Source of the DNA: an uncultured Verrucomicrobiota bacterium | GTDB taxonomy: Bacteria > Verrucomicrobiota > Kiritimatiellia > Kiritimatiellales > Tichowtungiaceae | Assembly: GCA_964609345.1 (NCBI GenBank) | Contig: CAZSSI010000001.1 | Coordinates: 1-41,086 of the forward strand | Direction: 5' to 3' | DNA: 41,086 nt | Shown here: one piece after another, positions 18,920 to 30,149 of the stretch | Layout: the number at the start of each line of letters is the position of its first letter | How positions within the stretch are numbered: position 1 is the stretch's first letter | Translations under genes and position numbers: made by a program | The notes under the pieces: generated by a model | Seen by the model: only the letters and a program-made list of their open reading frames with translations | The model's database searches: none | What the model was told of the DNA's origin: nothing

Positions 18920-21757
18920 ATGAAAAGAATGCTGAGACTCATTGTTCCTTTACTCCTTTGGTCTGCTATGGCGCAGGCACAATCCCGTCCCGAAATGCTC
19001 TTACTGCCGGTTGAGACAAATTCATCTCAACGGGAGCTTCTCTGGTCAACCGATCCTGGAATCCGCTACGAGTTGCAGTCCTCCACCAATCTGGTGACCT
19101 GGACAACCGTTGCAGGATTTCCATCCAAAGCGGAAGCTCTGGCTCAACAGCAGATGATTGAATTGCAGGCGGCATCCAAACGTTTTTTCCGGGTGCTGGT
19201 TCTGGACGAACAACCGCCGGAAATCACATCCCGGATTCCCGCTGACGGATCGTTTGGCGTACGCCGTTTTTCTTCCATCGCAATTACGCTGGCGGATGCG
19301 ACCGGAATTAATCCGGCCTCCATCAATTTAACCGTAGGCGCTCGCGGCACATTTTCAACCGGATCAAGTCAGGTGACGTTTAACGGAAGCACACTGACGG
19401 TTTCTTTAGGCGGCGACACCGCGCTGGGCGGTTACGGCGAAACGGTGCAGACGACACTGACCGTTGCAGACACATTGGGCAACACCACCAACTATGTCTG
19501 GAGTTTTGAACTGGAGAAGGCTGTGGAAGCGGCGACCAACCTGTTCGTTTTCGGCTCTCCCGGAGCTCAGCGGGCCGGGCAGCAACTGTCCGGTGAAGCC
19601 GCCGTGCTGGCGGCACGTTATAGTGCGGGGCCGGTGCGTATGGGGAGTTCGAGTACGGACTGGACGATTGATTCCGTCACCACGAACACCATTGTGCTGG
19701 CTTACACCAGCCCGTCAGCTCCAGTTTTCACCGCCGGTCAATTGCTGGCCAATCTGGCTCCGGCGCGTATCAGTGAAATTTTCTACCGCCGGATTGATTC
19801 GCTGAGTGATGATTCCGGCGCTAAAAAACTCACGCTCTACACAACGGAAGTCACGTTGGCAGATGTGATGGTGAACGGCACGTTTACCCTCGGCAGCGAT
19901 GCGGTGTTTTTAGACTTCGATGCCAACGGCAATCTGATCCGGGCGTTGAGCGGAGACGCCACATTTTCACTGCCGGACATCGGGGCGGATTTTTCGGGCC
20001 AAACAATTTTTTCTGACAGCGTGCTGAACCTTTCATTGCAGGAAGGAAAATTTTTGTTCCATCCCAAACTGAAAGTCTCGGTGGAAACGGCGTGGACAAC
20101 GGTTTTACGCTTTGATGCGCAGGCATCTGGGGATATTGAAATTTCCTGTGTACCGCTTCTTACGGTAAGCGGTGCTTATACGAAAAACGTTGAAAAAGAA
20201 GTCTGGAGCAAAACCAAATGGATCGGGAGCGGATACGTTTATGTTGAATTAAAGGCTACCGTCACCGCCAAGGCGGCGATGAGCGCGGCGGCGGCCGCAG
20301 AAATGAAGGCAGGATTCCGGCAGAATGCCAACATGGGCGTTTCCGGCAAATATGTGCGCGACGCCGTACCTGCTGCGACTTGGGAGCGCTGGTTTACGGT
20401 GGAACCCTTCCAGCAGGTTCCGTTTACCTATACCGTGAGCGGAAACGGAAGTGCCACCGTGTCGCTGGTTCCGCAAATTGATGCGAGAGTGTACGGTCTG
20501 GGCGGGCTTTATGTGAACGCCGATTCCCGGCTGGAACTTTCCGGGTCGGCCACTCTGGTCAACGGGAATTTAACTCAGGCCGACTGGCTGTTGGGCGCTT
20601 ATGCCGATGTTTATGCCGGACTCAGCGTGATCGACTTTGACTCCGGTTCATTGCCGAGCCTGCCGCCGTTCCGGCTCTTTACCGCCGAATGGGGCAACCA
20701 TTACGAAACCGCGCCGTCGCCTGCCGCACCGCCGGTTATCACCCGTCAGCCGCTGTCACAGAATGCGAAAACAGGCGACCCGGTGGCCTTTTCTGTTGAA
20801 GCAACGGCGGCGGGATCTTTGTCTTACCAGTGGTATCAGAATGGAAAGCTTATTCCCGGCCAGACATTCAGGACACTTTCTTACAGCAGTGTCCAGAGCG
20901 GCCACCAAGGCAACTATCAGGTGCGCGTCAGCGCATCCGGTCTGGCGGTCAGTTCATCCATCGCCACTTTAAGCATCGTGACCAGCGGTGGTACCGGTTC
21001 GGCACCGTCCGGCATGGTGCGCATTCCCGGCGGAAGCAACAGCGGATCCAATCCCTTGGGCACCGGAGAATCTTATGATGGCACGTATTATCCGGCAACT
21101 TATTCGCTGACGGTCAGTGCATTTTATATGGATCGCACGGAGGTGACGAAGGCGCAGTGGGATACGGTTTATAACTGGGCCGTTTCCCACGGCTACAGTT
21201 TCGCCAACGCCGGATCGGGCAAGGCGGCCAACCATCCGGTGCAAACGGTTAGTTGGTACGACTGCGTGAAGTGGTGCAATGCCCGCAGTCAGATGGAGGG
21301 CAGAACGCCGTGCTACAACCTGAGTGATTGGAGCTGCAACTTTTCCGCCAACGGCTACCGCCTGCCGACGAATACGGAATGGGAATATGCTGCACGCGGC
21401 GGACTGAGCGGCAAGCGCTTCCCGTGGGGCGATACGATTACGCATAACCAAGCGAATTATAATAGTTACAGTGGCGATACGTATGACATCAGCCCCACAG
21501 GAGGCCATCATCCGTCGTATGCGACGGGTAGCTATCCATATACGAGTCCGGTGGGTAGTTTTTCGGCGAACGGGTATGGATTGTATGATATGGTAGGTAA
21601 TGTTTGGGAATGGTGTAATGACGCGTCGGGCTCGGGCCGGGACGTCCGGGGCGGGAGCTGGTTCAGCCTCGCGTACAGCGCTCGTTGCGGCAACGCGTAC
21701 TGGGGCAACCCGGTCAACGCGTGCAGCTACCTCGGGTTCCGCACCGTCTACCGTTAA
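18920..21757 (+). CDS. large secreted protein with Ig-like domains and a C-terminal FGE-sulfatase (CLec-fold) domain; probable DGR target
   Basis: Signal peptide; PVITRQP...YQWYQNG Ig domain; TEVT...HPV..VSWYD...YRLPTNTEWEYAARGG...GLYDMVGNVWEWC...RGGSW...GFR. Confidence 0.88.
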   Translation: MKRMLRLIVPLLLWSAMAQAQSRPEMLLLPVETNSSQRELLWSTDPGIRYELQSSTNLVTWTTVAGFPSKAEALAQQQMIELQAASKRFFRVLVLDEQPPEITSRIPADGSFGVRRFSSIAITLADATGINPASINLTVGARGTFSTGSSQVTFNGSTLTVSLGGDTALGGYGETVQTTLTVADTLGNTTNYVWSFELEKAVEAATNLFVFGSPGAQRAGQQLSGEAAVLAARYSAGPVRMGSSSTDWTIDSVTTNTIVLAYTSPSAPVFTAGQLLANLAPARISEIFYRRIDSLSDDSGAKKLTLYTTEVTLADVMVNGTFTLGSDAVFLDFDANGNLIRALSGDATFSLPDIGADFSGQTIFSDSVLNLSLQEGKFLFHPKLKVSVETAWTTVLRFDAQASGDIEISCVPLLTVSGAYTKNVEKEVWSKTKWIGSGYVYVELKATVTAKAAMSAAAAAEMKAGFRQNANMGVSGKYVRDAVPAATWERWFTVEPFQQVPFTYTVSGNGSATVSLVPQIDARVYGLGGLYVNADSRLELSGSATLVNGNLTQADWLLGAYADVYAGLSVIDFDSGSLPSLPPFRLFTAEWGNHYETAPSPAAPPVITRQPLSQNAKTGDPVAFSVEATAAGSLSYQWYQNGKLIPGQTFRTLSYSSVQSGHQGNYQVRVSASGLAVSSSIATLSIVTSGGTGSAPSGMVRIPGGSNSGSNPLGTGESYDGTYYPATYSLTVSAFYMDRTEVTKAQWDTVYNWAVSHGYSFANAGSGKAANHPVQTVSWYDCVKWCNARSQMEGRTPCYNLSDWSCNFSANGYRLPTNTEWEYAARGGLSGKRFPWGDTITHNQANYNSYSGDTYDISPTGGHHPSYATGSYPYTSPVGSFSANGYGLYDMVGNVWEWCNDASGSGRDVRGGSWFSLAYSARCGNAYWGNPVNACSYLGFRTVYR

Positions 21758-21794
21758 GGACCACCTGCGCTCCGGAAGAACACGCTCAAGCGTG
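21620..21794 (+). other. candidate DGR variable region (VR) with downstream hairpin
   Basis: Run of NNC codons at the typical variable positions; hairpin CACGC-TCAA-GCGTG at 21781-21794. Confidence 0.6.
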
Positions 21795-21849
21795 GACTAC
21801 GAACGGGAAAAGCACTTGCCTTTACATTTTAATAATGTAAAACACGATT

Positions 21850-23016
21850 ATGAATAACGATAAGCATTGTTATATTGATCGAGAGATCGAGCCTTTGGCG
21901 AGAGAGCGGCTGGCCAATAATCCGGCGTTGGCTCTGCTGGGGCCGCGTCAATGCGGCAAGTCAACACTGGCGCGACATCTCCTGAAAGATTTCCCGGATG
22001 CGGTTTATCTGGATGTGGAACTGCCGTCCGACCGCAATAAGTTGCGTGATCCGGAATCGTTTCTGAAGCTGTACCGTGGCCGACTGGTCTGCATTGATGA
22101 AATCCAGCGGGTTCCCGATCTGTTTGCCGTGTTGAGAAGTCTGATTGATCAAAGCGGGGCTAACGGGCAGTACCTGATTCTTGGATCGGCATCGCGTGAT
22201 TTGATCCGGCAGAGCTCGGAAACGCTGGCCGGACGCATTGCCTATCTTGAGCTTGCGCCGTTTTCCATCCGTGAAGTGCCGGATGCTCTGCAAAAGCTTT
22301 GGCTTCAGGGCGGGTTTCCCCGCAGTTTTTTTGCGGAAGAATCCGCCGGGTTTGCGTGGCGCGGCGATTTCATCCGGTCGTTTCTTGAACGGGATGTTCC
22401 GATGCTGAAAAGCACGATTCCGGCGGAGGCGGTCGGTCGGCTCTTAACCATGTGCGCTCATTATCACGGGCAGTTTTTGAATCTGGAAAAGCTGGCGGGA
22501 TCAATGGGGGTTCATGCGGGCACCATCCGGAATTATATGGATCTGCTTTGCGGCGCGTTTATGATGCGACGGTTGCCACCTTTCTTTTCCAATGTGAAGA
22601 AACGGCTGATCAAGTCACCAAAAATTTATATCCGCGATTCCGGTATTCTTCATGCGCTGTTAAATATCAAAACTGCTGACGACCTGTTTTCTCATCCGGT
22701 TTTCGGTGATTCCTGGGAAGGACTGGTGGTTGAAAACATTCTCTCCGCTGTTCCGGACGGGGTTTCCTGCGGGTATTACCGGACATCGAACGGCGCGGAA
22801 ATGGATTTGGTTCTGGAAAGAGGAACTTCCCGGATCGGGATTGAATGCAAGGCCTCATCTGCGCCGAAAGTCACGCGCGGTTTCTGGAGCGCAATGGATG
22901 ATCTGAAACTGAAAGAGGTTTTGATTGTTGCTCCGGTTAATTCTGCCTATCCGTACGGCGACGGCGTGACCGTTTGTTCTCTGAACGAGTGTTTGACCCG
23001 ATTAGAATCACTATGA
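21850..23016 (+). CDS. AAA+ ATPase (AAA_14 + DUF4143 family)
   Basis: GPRQCGKST, IDEIQ, LGSAS, ETLAGR, GGFP, KRLIKSPKIYIRDSG, YYRT..GAEMDL..IECK. Confidence 0.9.
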   Translation: MNNDKHCYIDREIEPLARERLANNPALALLGPRQCGKSTLARHLLKDFPDAVYLDVELPSDRNKLRDPESFLKLYRGRLVCIDEIQRVPDLFAVLRSLIDQSGANGQYLILGSASRDLIRQSSETLAGRIAYLELAPFSIREVPDALQKLWLQGGFPRSFFAEESAGFAWRGDFIRSFLERDVPMLKSTIPAEAVGRLLTMCAHYHGQFLNLEKLAGSMGVHAGTIRNYMDLLCGAFMMRRLPPFFSNVKKRLIKSPKIYIRDSGILHALLNIKTADDLFSHPVFGDSWEGLVVENILSAVPDGVSCGYYRTSNGAEMDLVLERGTSRIGIECKASSAPKVTRGFWSAMDDLKLKEVLIVAPVNSAYPYGDGVTVCSLNECLTRLESL

Positions 23017-23921
23017 GAACCAGACTTTCATTTTTCAGGGTCTTATCGGCTGTCGGAATGGCGGCTGCACTTTATGCGCCTTCAGCTCTCGCCATTCTGG
23101 CGGGCGGCGAGTTTGACTTGCCTGCAGACAGTCCGTCCAGCCGCCTCGATACCGCAGGTCTTTTCAATTTCGTCGGCGCGCTGGAGATTAACACCGGCAG
23201 TTCCGGCTACTACGGCTCCGCGACCGCGCTTTCTCCAAACTGGGTTCTATCTGCCGGGCATAATGTGGATTTCAACGATGATGGCAAAGCGGACGCCGGG
23301 CTGAACATCTCATTCAACCTTCCCGGCTACGGAAGTTATTCAGCCAGCAGTTACACGATCAATCCAAACTTCAGCGGCTTCGGCAATCCGTCCATTCACC
23401 ACGATCTTTCATTGCTCTACTTCGCCGATCCGTTGCCAAGCCTGCTTTTTCCAATCCTTGGAAACTCCCTTTCGATTGGCGACACCGCAACGCTCGTCGG
23501 TTATGGCCGTTCCGGTTACGGCAGTTACGGTTATACCACCTCCGCCTCGCCGATCGACCGGCGAGTCGGCTTTAACGTGATCGATGATTTTGAAATCTCC
23601 GGTTCAAGTATTCTCTTCCGCTACGACTTTGATAATCCGAACACCGGCGACGGATTGGGCAATAATCTGGAAACCATCATCGGCCCCGGAGATTCCGGCG
23701 GCACACTGCTAGTCGGAAATGCGCTGGTCGGCGTAAACACGTTTACCGAAGGATACGGTGGACGCTTCGGCGACAGCGGCGGCGGCGTTGCACTTAACAA
23801 CGAGTGGGGCTGGATTGCCTCAACTACCGGCTTGGCTGTGCCTGAACCCGGAACCTTTTTATTGTTCTTCTGCGGACTGGCGATACTTTTTGTAACTCGC
23901 CGGAACCGGAAAAACATTTAG
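23013..23921 (+). CDS. secreted trypsin-like serine protease with PEP-CTERM sorting signal
   Basis: WVLSAGH, HDLSL and GPGDSGG catalytic motifs; VPEPG + TM + RRNRK tail. Confidence 0.85.
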   Translation: MRTRLSFFRVLSAVGMAAALYAPSALAILAGGEFDLPADSPSSRLDTAGLFNFVGALEINTGSSGYYGSATALSPNWVLSAGHNVDFNDDGKADAGLNISFNLPGYGSYSASSYTINPNFSGFGNPSIHHDLSLLYFADPLPSLLFPILGNSLSIGDTATLVGYGRSGYGSYGYTTSASPIDRRVGFNVIDDFEISGSSILFRYDFDNPNTGDGLGNNLETIIGPGDSGGTLLVGNALVGVNTFTEGYGGRFGDSGGGVALNNEWGWIASTTGLAVPEPGTFLLFFCGLAILFVTRRNRKNI

Positions 23922-25087
23922 GGCTCGGTGGCAAGAACGGTTGCCAGTTTGCAGGCTTCGAGGTAACGCGGGATGTCCACATATTCATTCAGGTCGTGAG
24001 CGTGGAAATTTCCGGCATCGAAGGTGATGGTCGGAATTCCTTTTTCATTCAGAATGTTGGCGTCGAGTCCGGCGCTGATAATTTCAACATCCGCTTCGCG
24101 GCCCGCCAGCGGCGCGGCGCGCAGGAAACGCCGGACAACCGGTTCGCTTTTTTTGAGCCGGAAACTGCGGTAGTCGCTGGCGGTGATGAATTCAACCGAG
24201 CCGCATTCACCCTTGGCGTTTTTCAGTTCGCGCGCGGCTTTTTCAAACGCCGTTTTCCAGACGCCGGAAATTTTCCGGAGTGAGGCGGGTTTATGGCTGC
24301 GGCACTCGCCGGTGACTTTCACAAAGTCCATGACCTGATTGTCGGCCTCGCCGCCGTTGATGGAGCCGACGTTGGCCGTTCCGGTGCAGGAACCTTTACT
24401 GATCCGGCCGAACCAGCCGTTAGCTTTTAATTCAGCGATGGCGTTTGCGGCGATGACGGCGGCGGAAACGCCGCCTTCCGGGTTGACGGCGGCGTGAACG
24501 CTTTTGCCGTGAACGTTGGCAATCCAGCGGTTTGCGCCGAGTGCACCGATGACGCCGTTGCGCCGCCCGCTTCCGTCGAGATTGAAGCACATCGCCGGAT
24601 TGCCGCCGTCGGCCGGTTCGAAGGCTTTGGCTCCGTGCAGTCCGTTTTCTTCGCCGACAGTGAAAAGCAAGGTGATCGGCGGATGTGGTAGATTATTTTT
24701 CAGTACGGTTTCCGCCATCGTAACCACAGCGGCCACCGACGCGCGATTGTCGCCGCCGAGTCCGGTTTTACCTTTCGGAACAATCCGGTTTCCTTTGCGT
24801 ACCGGCACCGCGCCGCGACAGAGCGGTACGGTGTCGAGGTGAGCCGAAAACATAATGCGCGGGGCTTTAACCGTGCCGGGGATTTTTACGACCAGATTTC
24901 CGATGGTAAATCCTTTCGGCAGGTGCTTGAGTCCGGTTGAGCGAAACCATTCCGGCTGGCAGCCCGCCGCCAGCAGTTTTTGTTTCACCGCATCCGCCAC
25001 CGGTCCTTCGCCGCCGCTCGGCCCTTCGGTTGCGAGAAGATCCATTAGGTGCTGTATGGCCTTTTCTTTATTGATCGTGTTTTTCAT
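23918..25087 (-). CDS. M20 family metallopeptidase (peptidase T-like)
   Basis: SAHLDTV, LGGDNR, VGEENGL, GECRSH, HAHDLNE. Confidence 0.88.
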   Translation of the reverse strand: MKNTINKEKAIQHLMDLLATEGPSGGEGPVADAVKQKLLAAGCQPEWFRSTGLKHLPKGFTIGNLVVKIPGTVKAPRIMFSAHLDTVPLCRGAVPVRKGNRIVPKGKTGLGGDNRASVAAVVTMAETVLKNNLPHPPITLLFTVGEENGLHGAKAFEPADGGNPAMCFNLDGSGRRNGVIGALGANRWIANVHGKSVHAAVNPEGGVSAAVIAANAIAELKANGWFGRISKGSCTGTANVGSINGGEADNQVMDFVKVTGECRSHKPASLRKISGVWKTAFEKAARELKNAKGECGSVEFITASDYRSFRLKKSEPVVRRFLRAAPLAGREADVEIISAGLDANILNEKGIPTITFDAGNFHAHDLNEYVDIPRYLEACKLATVLATEP

Positions 25088-25168
25088 GCGGTGAACCATA
25101 GCGAACCGGGCCGGAGCAAGGCGAACCATTTCCAATGGGCCGGAACCTCGGAATTTACGTTGTCATGA

Positions 25169-26567
<1,399 letters not shown>

Positions 26568-26569
<2 letters not shown>

Positions 26570-26640
26570 AACCGCAGAACATCGAACAAGGAACTCTGAA
26601 CTTCGAAGTTCATTCTTCCTTGTTCGATATTCGATATTTC
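26568..26640. repeat. 7-bp period repeat (GAACNNN) with an inverted second half
   Basis: GAACCGCA GAACATC GAACAAG GAACTCT GAACTTC GAAGTT ... CCTTGTTC GATATTC GATATT. Confidence 0.65.
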
Positions 26641-26662
26641 GGCAGGCGGAAGCGGGAAACAA

Positions 26663-27706
26663 ATGTCAGCGGAATTCAAATCATCAATACACGGACTGCT
26701 CCCGGACGAAATCGAATCGTTTTGCCTGTCGGTTGGGCAGCCCGTCTTTCGCGCAAAACAGATATGGGACTGGCTTTACGTCAAACGTGTTTCCTCGTCC
26801 GATGAAATGCAAAATTTGCCCGCGCCGTTTCGGGCGCAACTTGCAGAAAAGTTCAGCTTTCAATGTCTGGAAAAAATTGAAATCAGCGGAGCACCCGGCG
26901 AGACACAGAAATTGCTGTTCAAACTCGCTGACGGCGAATTAATTGAAACGGTTGTCATTCCCGCGCCACGTCGGCAGACGAATACCGTCTGTGTTTCCAG
27001 TCAGGTTGGATGCCGCTTCGGGTGCGCCTTCTGCGCCAGCGGACAAAAGGGCATTATTCGCAACCTGACCGCCGGTGAGATTGTCGGCGAAGTGATGGAA
27101 GTGACGAAGCTGCTCGGCGGACGTCCCGACAACGTCGTTTTCATGGGAATCGGCGAGCCGTTCGACAATTACGACGAAGTACTCAAAGCCGTTCGTATTT
27201 TGAATCATCCGGACGGGCTGTGTATTGGTGCGCGGCGCATCACCATCAGCACCTGCGGTGTGGTTTCCGGCATTCAGCGATTAGCCGATGAAGGCTTGCA
27301 GGTGGAGCTGTCGGTTTCACTGCATGCGCCGGAAAACGAGCTTCGCTCCAGATTGATGCCGGTTAACGAAACCTGGCCGCTGGACGAACTGATTTCAGCG
27401 TGCGCGGATTACACCGCCAAGACGAACCGCATCATCACCTTCGAGTACACACTGATCAAGGACCTGAACGATTCGGCGGAACAGGCGCGTCAGCTCGTGA
27501 AACTGCTCAGAAAATTCTCCTGCCGCGTGAATCTTATTCCACTGAGTCCGGTCGAAGAATTTGACGGCGAGCGCCCCGATTCCGAAACGATGAAAGAATT
27601 TTTTCAGACCTTGGAAAATGCAGGTATCAACACGACCCTGCGCGACTCCAAAGGTTCTGCGCTTAAAGCCGCCTGCGGCCAGCTCCGCGCCCGCCGCCTT
27701 GGGTGA
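26663..27706 (+). CDS. rlmN: dual-specificity RNA methyltransferase (radical SAM)
   Basis: CVSSQVGCRFGCAFC, RNLTAGEI, MGIGEP, SLHAP, AACGQL. Confidence 0.95.
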   Translation: MSAEFKSSIHGLLPDEIESFCLSVGQPVFRAKQIWDWLYVKRVSSSDEMQNLPAPFRAQLAEKFSFQCLEKIEISGAPGETQKLLFKLADGELIETVVIPAPRRQTNTVCVSSQVGCRFGCAFCASGQKGIIRNLTAGEIVGEVMEVTKLLGGRPDNVVFMGIGEPFDNYDEVLKAVRILNHPDGLCIGARRITISTCGVVSGIQRLADEGLQVELSVSLHAPENELRSRLMPVNETWPLDELISACADYTAKTNRIITFEYTLIKDLNDSAEQARQLVKLLRKFSCRVNLIPLSPVEEFDGERPDSETMKEFFQTLENAGINTTLRDSKGSALKAACGQLRARRLG

Positions 27707-28185
27707 GAAAGTTTACCACGGATTACACGGTGCGGCAGAGCCGCAACCAAAGAATTCTTACAAAATCATTTTTCCGCCTCGAAGGTCTTCATGATTTTGT
27801 CATCAATGATTTTGTAAAAATATCTCCTGCTTATAGGAACAGATATAGGAAAATGGAAACAGTCGCTACCGCCTTCGGTTTCCTTTGCTGCCTTCTGTAA
27901 AAAAATCCCGATTTTTTAAACGGTGGAAGAAACGGCTCGACGGTCCGTTTCTGCGCGGCAGGATGCCGCATCCACACTGGAGGCAGCAAAGCGTCAAAAA
28001 TACAAATCTGGCGGAGGGACAAAAACCGGAATGGGCGGCCCAGATTTGTCCGATTTATTCGCCAAAGAATACAGGCGTGTAACATTGGTTGGTTCGGGCG
28101 GAGCGCCGGATCGTTGCAGGAAATAATTCTAATCCATTCACTGTCAGCGGCTAAAGCCTTGGCTGTGCGCTTCGTTTTTCTGTCG

Positions 28186-28201
28186 GGGCATAGAACGTGC
28201 T
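28186..28201 (+). promoter_or_regulatory. putative sigma-54 (-24/-12) promoter of amtB-glnK
   Basis: GGGCATAGAACGTGCT = GG-N10-GC, about 60 bp upstream of the amtB start. Confidence 0.55.
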
Positions 28202-28260
28202 TTTTTCACGTCTTTACTTTGCGCCGGAAAAAGCACGTTTACAAACGGAGGAAAACAAAG

Positions 28261-29547
28261 ATGTGGTTTAAAAAAAGATGGAGTCTGTTCTTACTTACGG
28301 TTTTGTCGGTCGGTCTGCTGGCCGCTACCGCGCAAGCGGCGGAAAGCGCGCCGAGCGAGCTGGCGCAGTCATCCAATACGCTTTTCATTCTGATCGGCGC
28401 GGTGATGATTCTGGCGATGCACGGCGGGTTCGCCTTTCTGGAAGTCGGCTCGGTGCGCCGGAAAAATCAGGTGAACGCGCTGAATAAGATCATCTGTGAG
28501 TGGGGCTTTTCCACGATTATTTATTTTCTGATCGGCTATCCGATCGCGCGCGGCGTTTCCTTCCTGGTGCCGGTCGAAACACTGACGGTTGACCACGGTT
28601 TCGCGTATGTAAAATTTTTCCTGCTGCTCGGTTTCGCGGCCTGCATTCCGGCGATTATCTCCGGCGGTGTGGCAGAGCGGTCGAAGTTCTGGACCAACGC
28701 GCTGGCGGGCGGCATGTTCGTCGGTTCGGTTTATCCGCTGATCGAAGGTTCGCTGTGGGGCCGTTTTTCCAACACGCTGGCGGGTGCGACCGGATGGCTG
28801 GCGACGACGTTCGGCGCGCCGTTCCATGACTACGCCGGTTCGGTGGTGGTGCATGCGGTCGGCGGCTGGCTGGCGCTTCCGGCGATTATACTGCTCGGCG
28901 CACGCCTGAAGCGCTACGAAACCAACTCGATCAAAGTCAGCAGTATTCCATTCCTTGCGATGGGAAGCTGGACGCTAATCGTCGGCTGGTTCGGCTTTAA
29001 CGTGATGAGCGCGGGATCCGTCGAAGCCATTTCCGGGCTGGTGGCGATCAACTCGCTGATGGCCATGGTCGGCGGCACGATGGCGGCGATGTTTATTTCC
29101 AAGAACGACGCCGGTTTCGTACATAACGGCGCGCTGGCCGGGCTGGTAGCGGTTTGCGCCGGGTCAGACCTTTATCATCCGGTAAGTGCCTTGGTGGTCG
29201 GCGCGGTGGCTGGAGGCATTTTTGTTTTCCTGTTTGAAACCGAAACCGTCAAGTGGAAGATCGATGACGTACTCGGCGTTTGGCCGTTGCACGGAGCCTG
29301 CGGCGCATGGGGCGGGATTGCCGCCGGAATTTTCGGCCAGAAAGCGCTCGGCGGCGTCGGCGGCGTTTCGTTCTTCTCGCAACTGCTGGTGACGCTGGCG
29401 GTGATTTTGTTCTGTCTGGTTGCCAGCACCATCGTTTACGGTCTGATGAAAATTACCGTTGGCATCCGGCTGAATCCGCACGAAGAGCTGATTGGTTCCG
29501 ACCTCGCGGTACACCGGATTGAAGCTCATCCTGAAGACGCGCTTTGA
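28261..29547 (+). CDS. amtB: ammonium transporter
   Basis: MHGGFAFLEVGSVRRKN, IISGGVAER, DYAGSVVVH, GWFGFN, NGALAGLVA, IDDVLGVWPLHG; SD GGAGG. Confidence 0.95.
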   Translation: MWFKKRWSLFLLTVLSVGLLAATAQAAESAPSELAQSSNTLFILIGAVMILAMHGGFAFLEVGSVRRKNQVNALNKIICEWGFSTIIYFLIGYPIARGVSFLVPVETLTVDHGFAYVKFFLLLGFAACIPAIISGGVAERSKFWTNALAGGMFVGSVYPLIEGSLWGRFSNTLAGATGWLATTFGAPFHDYAGSVVVHAVGGWLALPAIILLGARLKRYETNSIKVSSIPFLAMGSWTLIVGWFGFNVMSAGSVEAISGLVAINSLMAMVGGTMAAMFISKNDAGFVHNGALAGLVAVCAGSDLYHPVSALVVGAVAGGIFVFLFETETVKWKIDDVLGVWPLHGACGAWGGIAAGIFGQKALGGVGGVSFFSQLLVTLAVILFCLVASTIVYGLMKITVGIRLNPHEELIGSDLAVHRIEAHPEDAL

Positions 29548-29548
29548 G

Positions 29549-29579
29549 ACTGGAATGCTGGAATAATGGAATGTTGGAT
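29549..29579. repeat. 8-bp period repeat (TGGAATG/AN), same family as the one at 12393
   Basis: CTGGAATGCTGGAATAATGGAATGTTGGA; inverted ATTCCAACATTCC near 30071. Confidence 0.6.
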
Positions 29580-29596
29580 CGAAGGAGGATTTTGAT

Positions 29597-29938
29597 ATGA
29601 AAATGATTATTGCAATTATTCAGCCTGAAAAACTTGAAGACGTTAAAGCGGCGCTGTTCAACGCCGAGGTGCATAAAATGACCGTCAGCCGCGTGCGCGG
29701 CTGCGGACAGCAGATGGGTTTTACGGAGCACTACCGCGGACAGGTTCGCATGGTCAACCTGATTGAAAAGGTGCGGCTGGAAATCGCCGTGAACGACGAT
29801 TTCGTCGATCTCACCGTCAAAACGATCATCAAAGCGGCCAAGAGCGGAAAAATCGGCGACGGCAAGATTTTCGTCATGCCGCTGGAACAGTGCATCCGCA
29901 TCCGCACCGACGAAACCGGCTCGGTGGCCATTGGATAA
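29597..29938 (+). CDS. glnK: P-II nitrogen regulatory protein
   Basis: [40 protein letters not shown]; adjacent to amtB. Confidence 0.93.
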   Translation: MKMIIAIIQPEKLEDVKAALFNAEVHKMTVSRVRGCGQQMGFTEHYRGQVRMVNLIEKVRLEIAVNDDFVDLTVKTIIKAAKSGKIGDGKIFVMPLEQCIRIRTDETGSVAIG

Positions 29939-30149
29939 AATCATTTGGAGTGCTCCGGCAAACGAAAGTGCGACGGAGCTTTTCTTTATCGAGGGAACAG
30001 AGCAAACTCGCGCTTCCTCCTTCGCCAAGGCTACGGCAGACGAGTCGCTTGCGTCCGCACTCCAAAGAGAATTCCAACATTCCGTTTGCCCGCGCGGGGC
30101 TCGCCGTGCTAGATGTTGGCCGCAGTTTTAAACCGAAAGGAATGTCAAC

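Noticed and set aside
18920-23016. Complete DGR cassette in the window
   Set aside because: No reverse transcriptase, no Avd-like gene and no second AAC-rich copy of the VR were seen.
27831-28126. Short ORFs or a riboswitch upstream of amtB
   Set aside because: No SD or protein motifs and no riboswitch consensus recognised; hairpins alone are insufficient.
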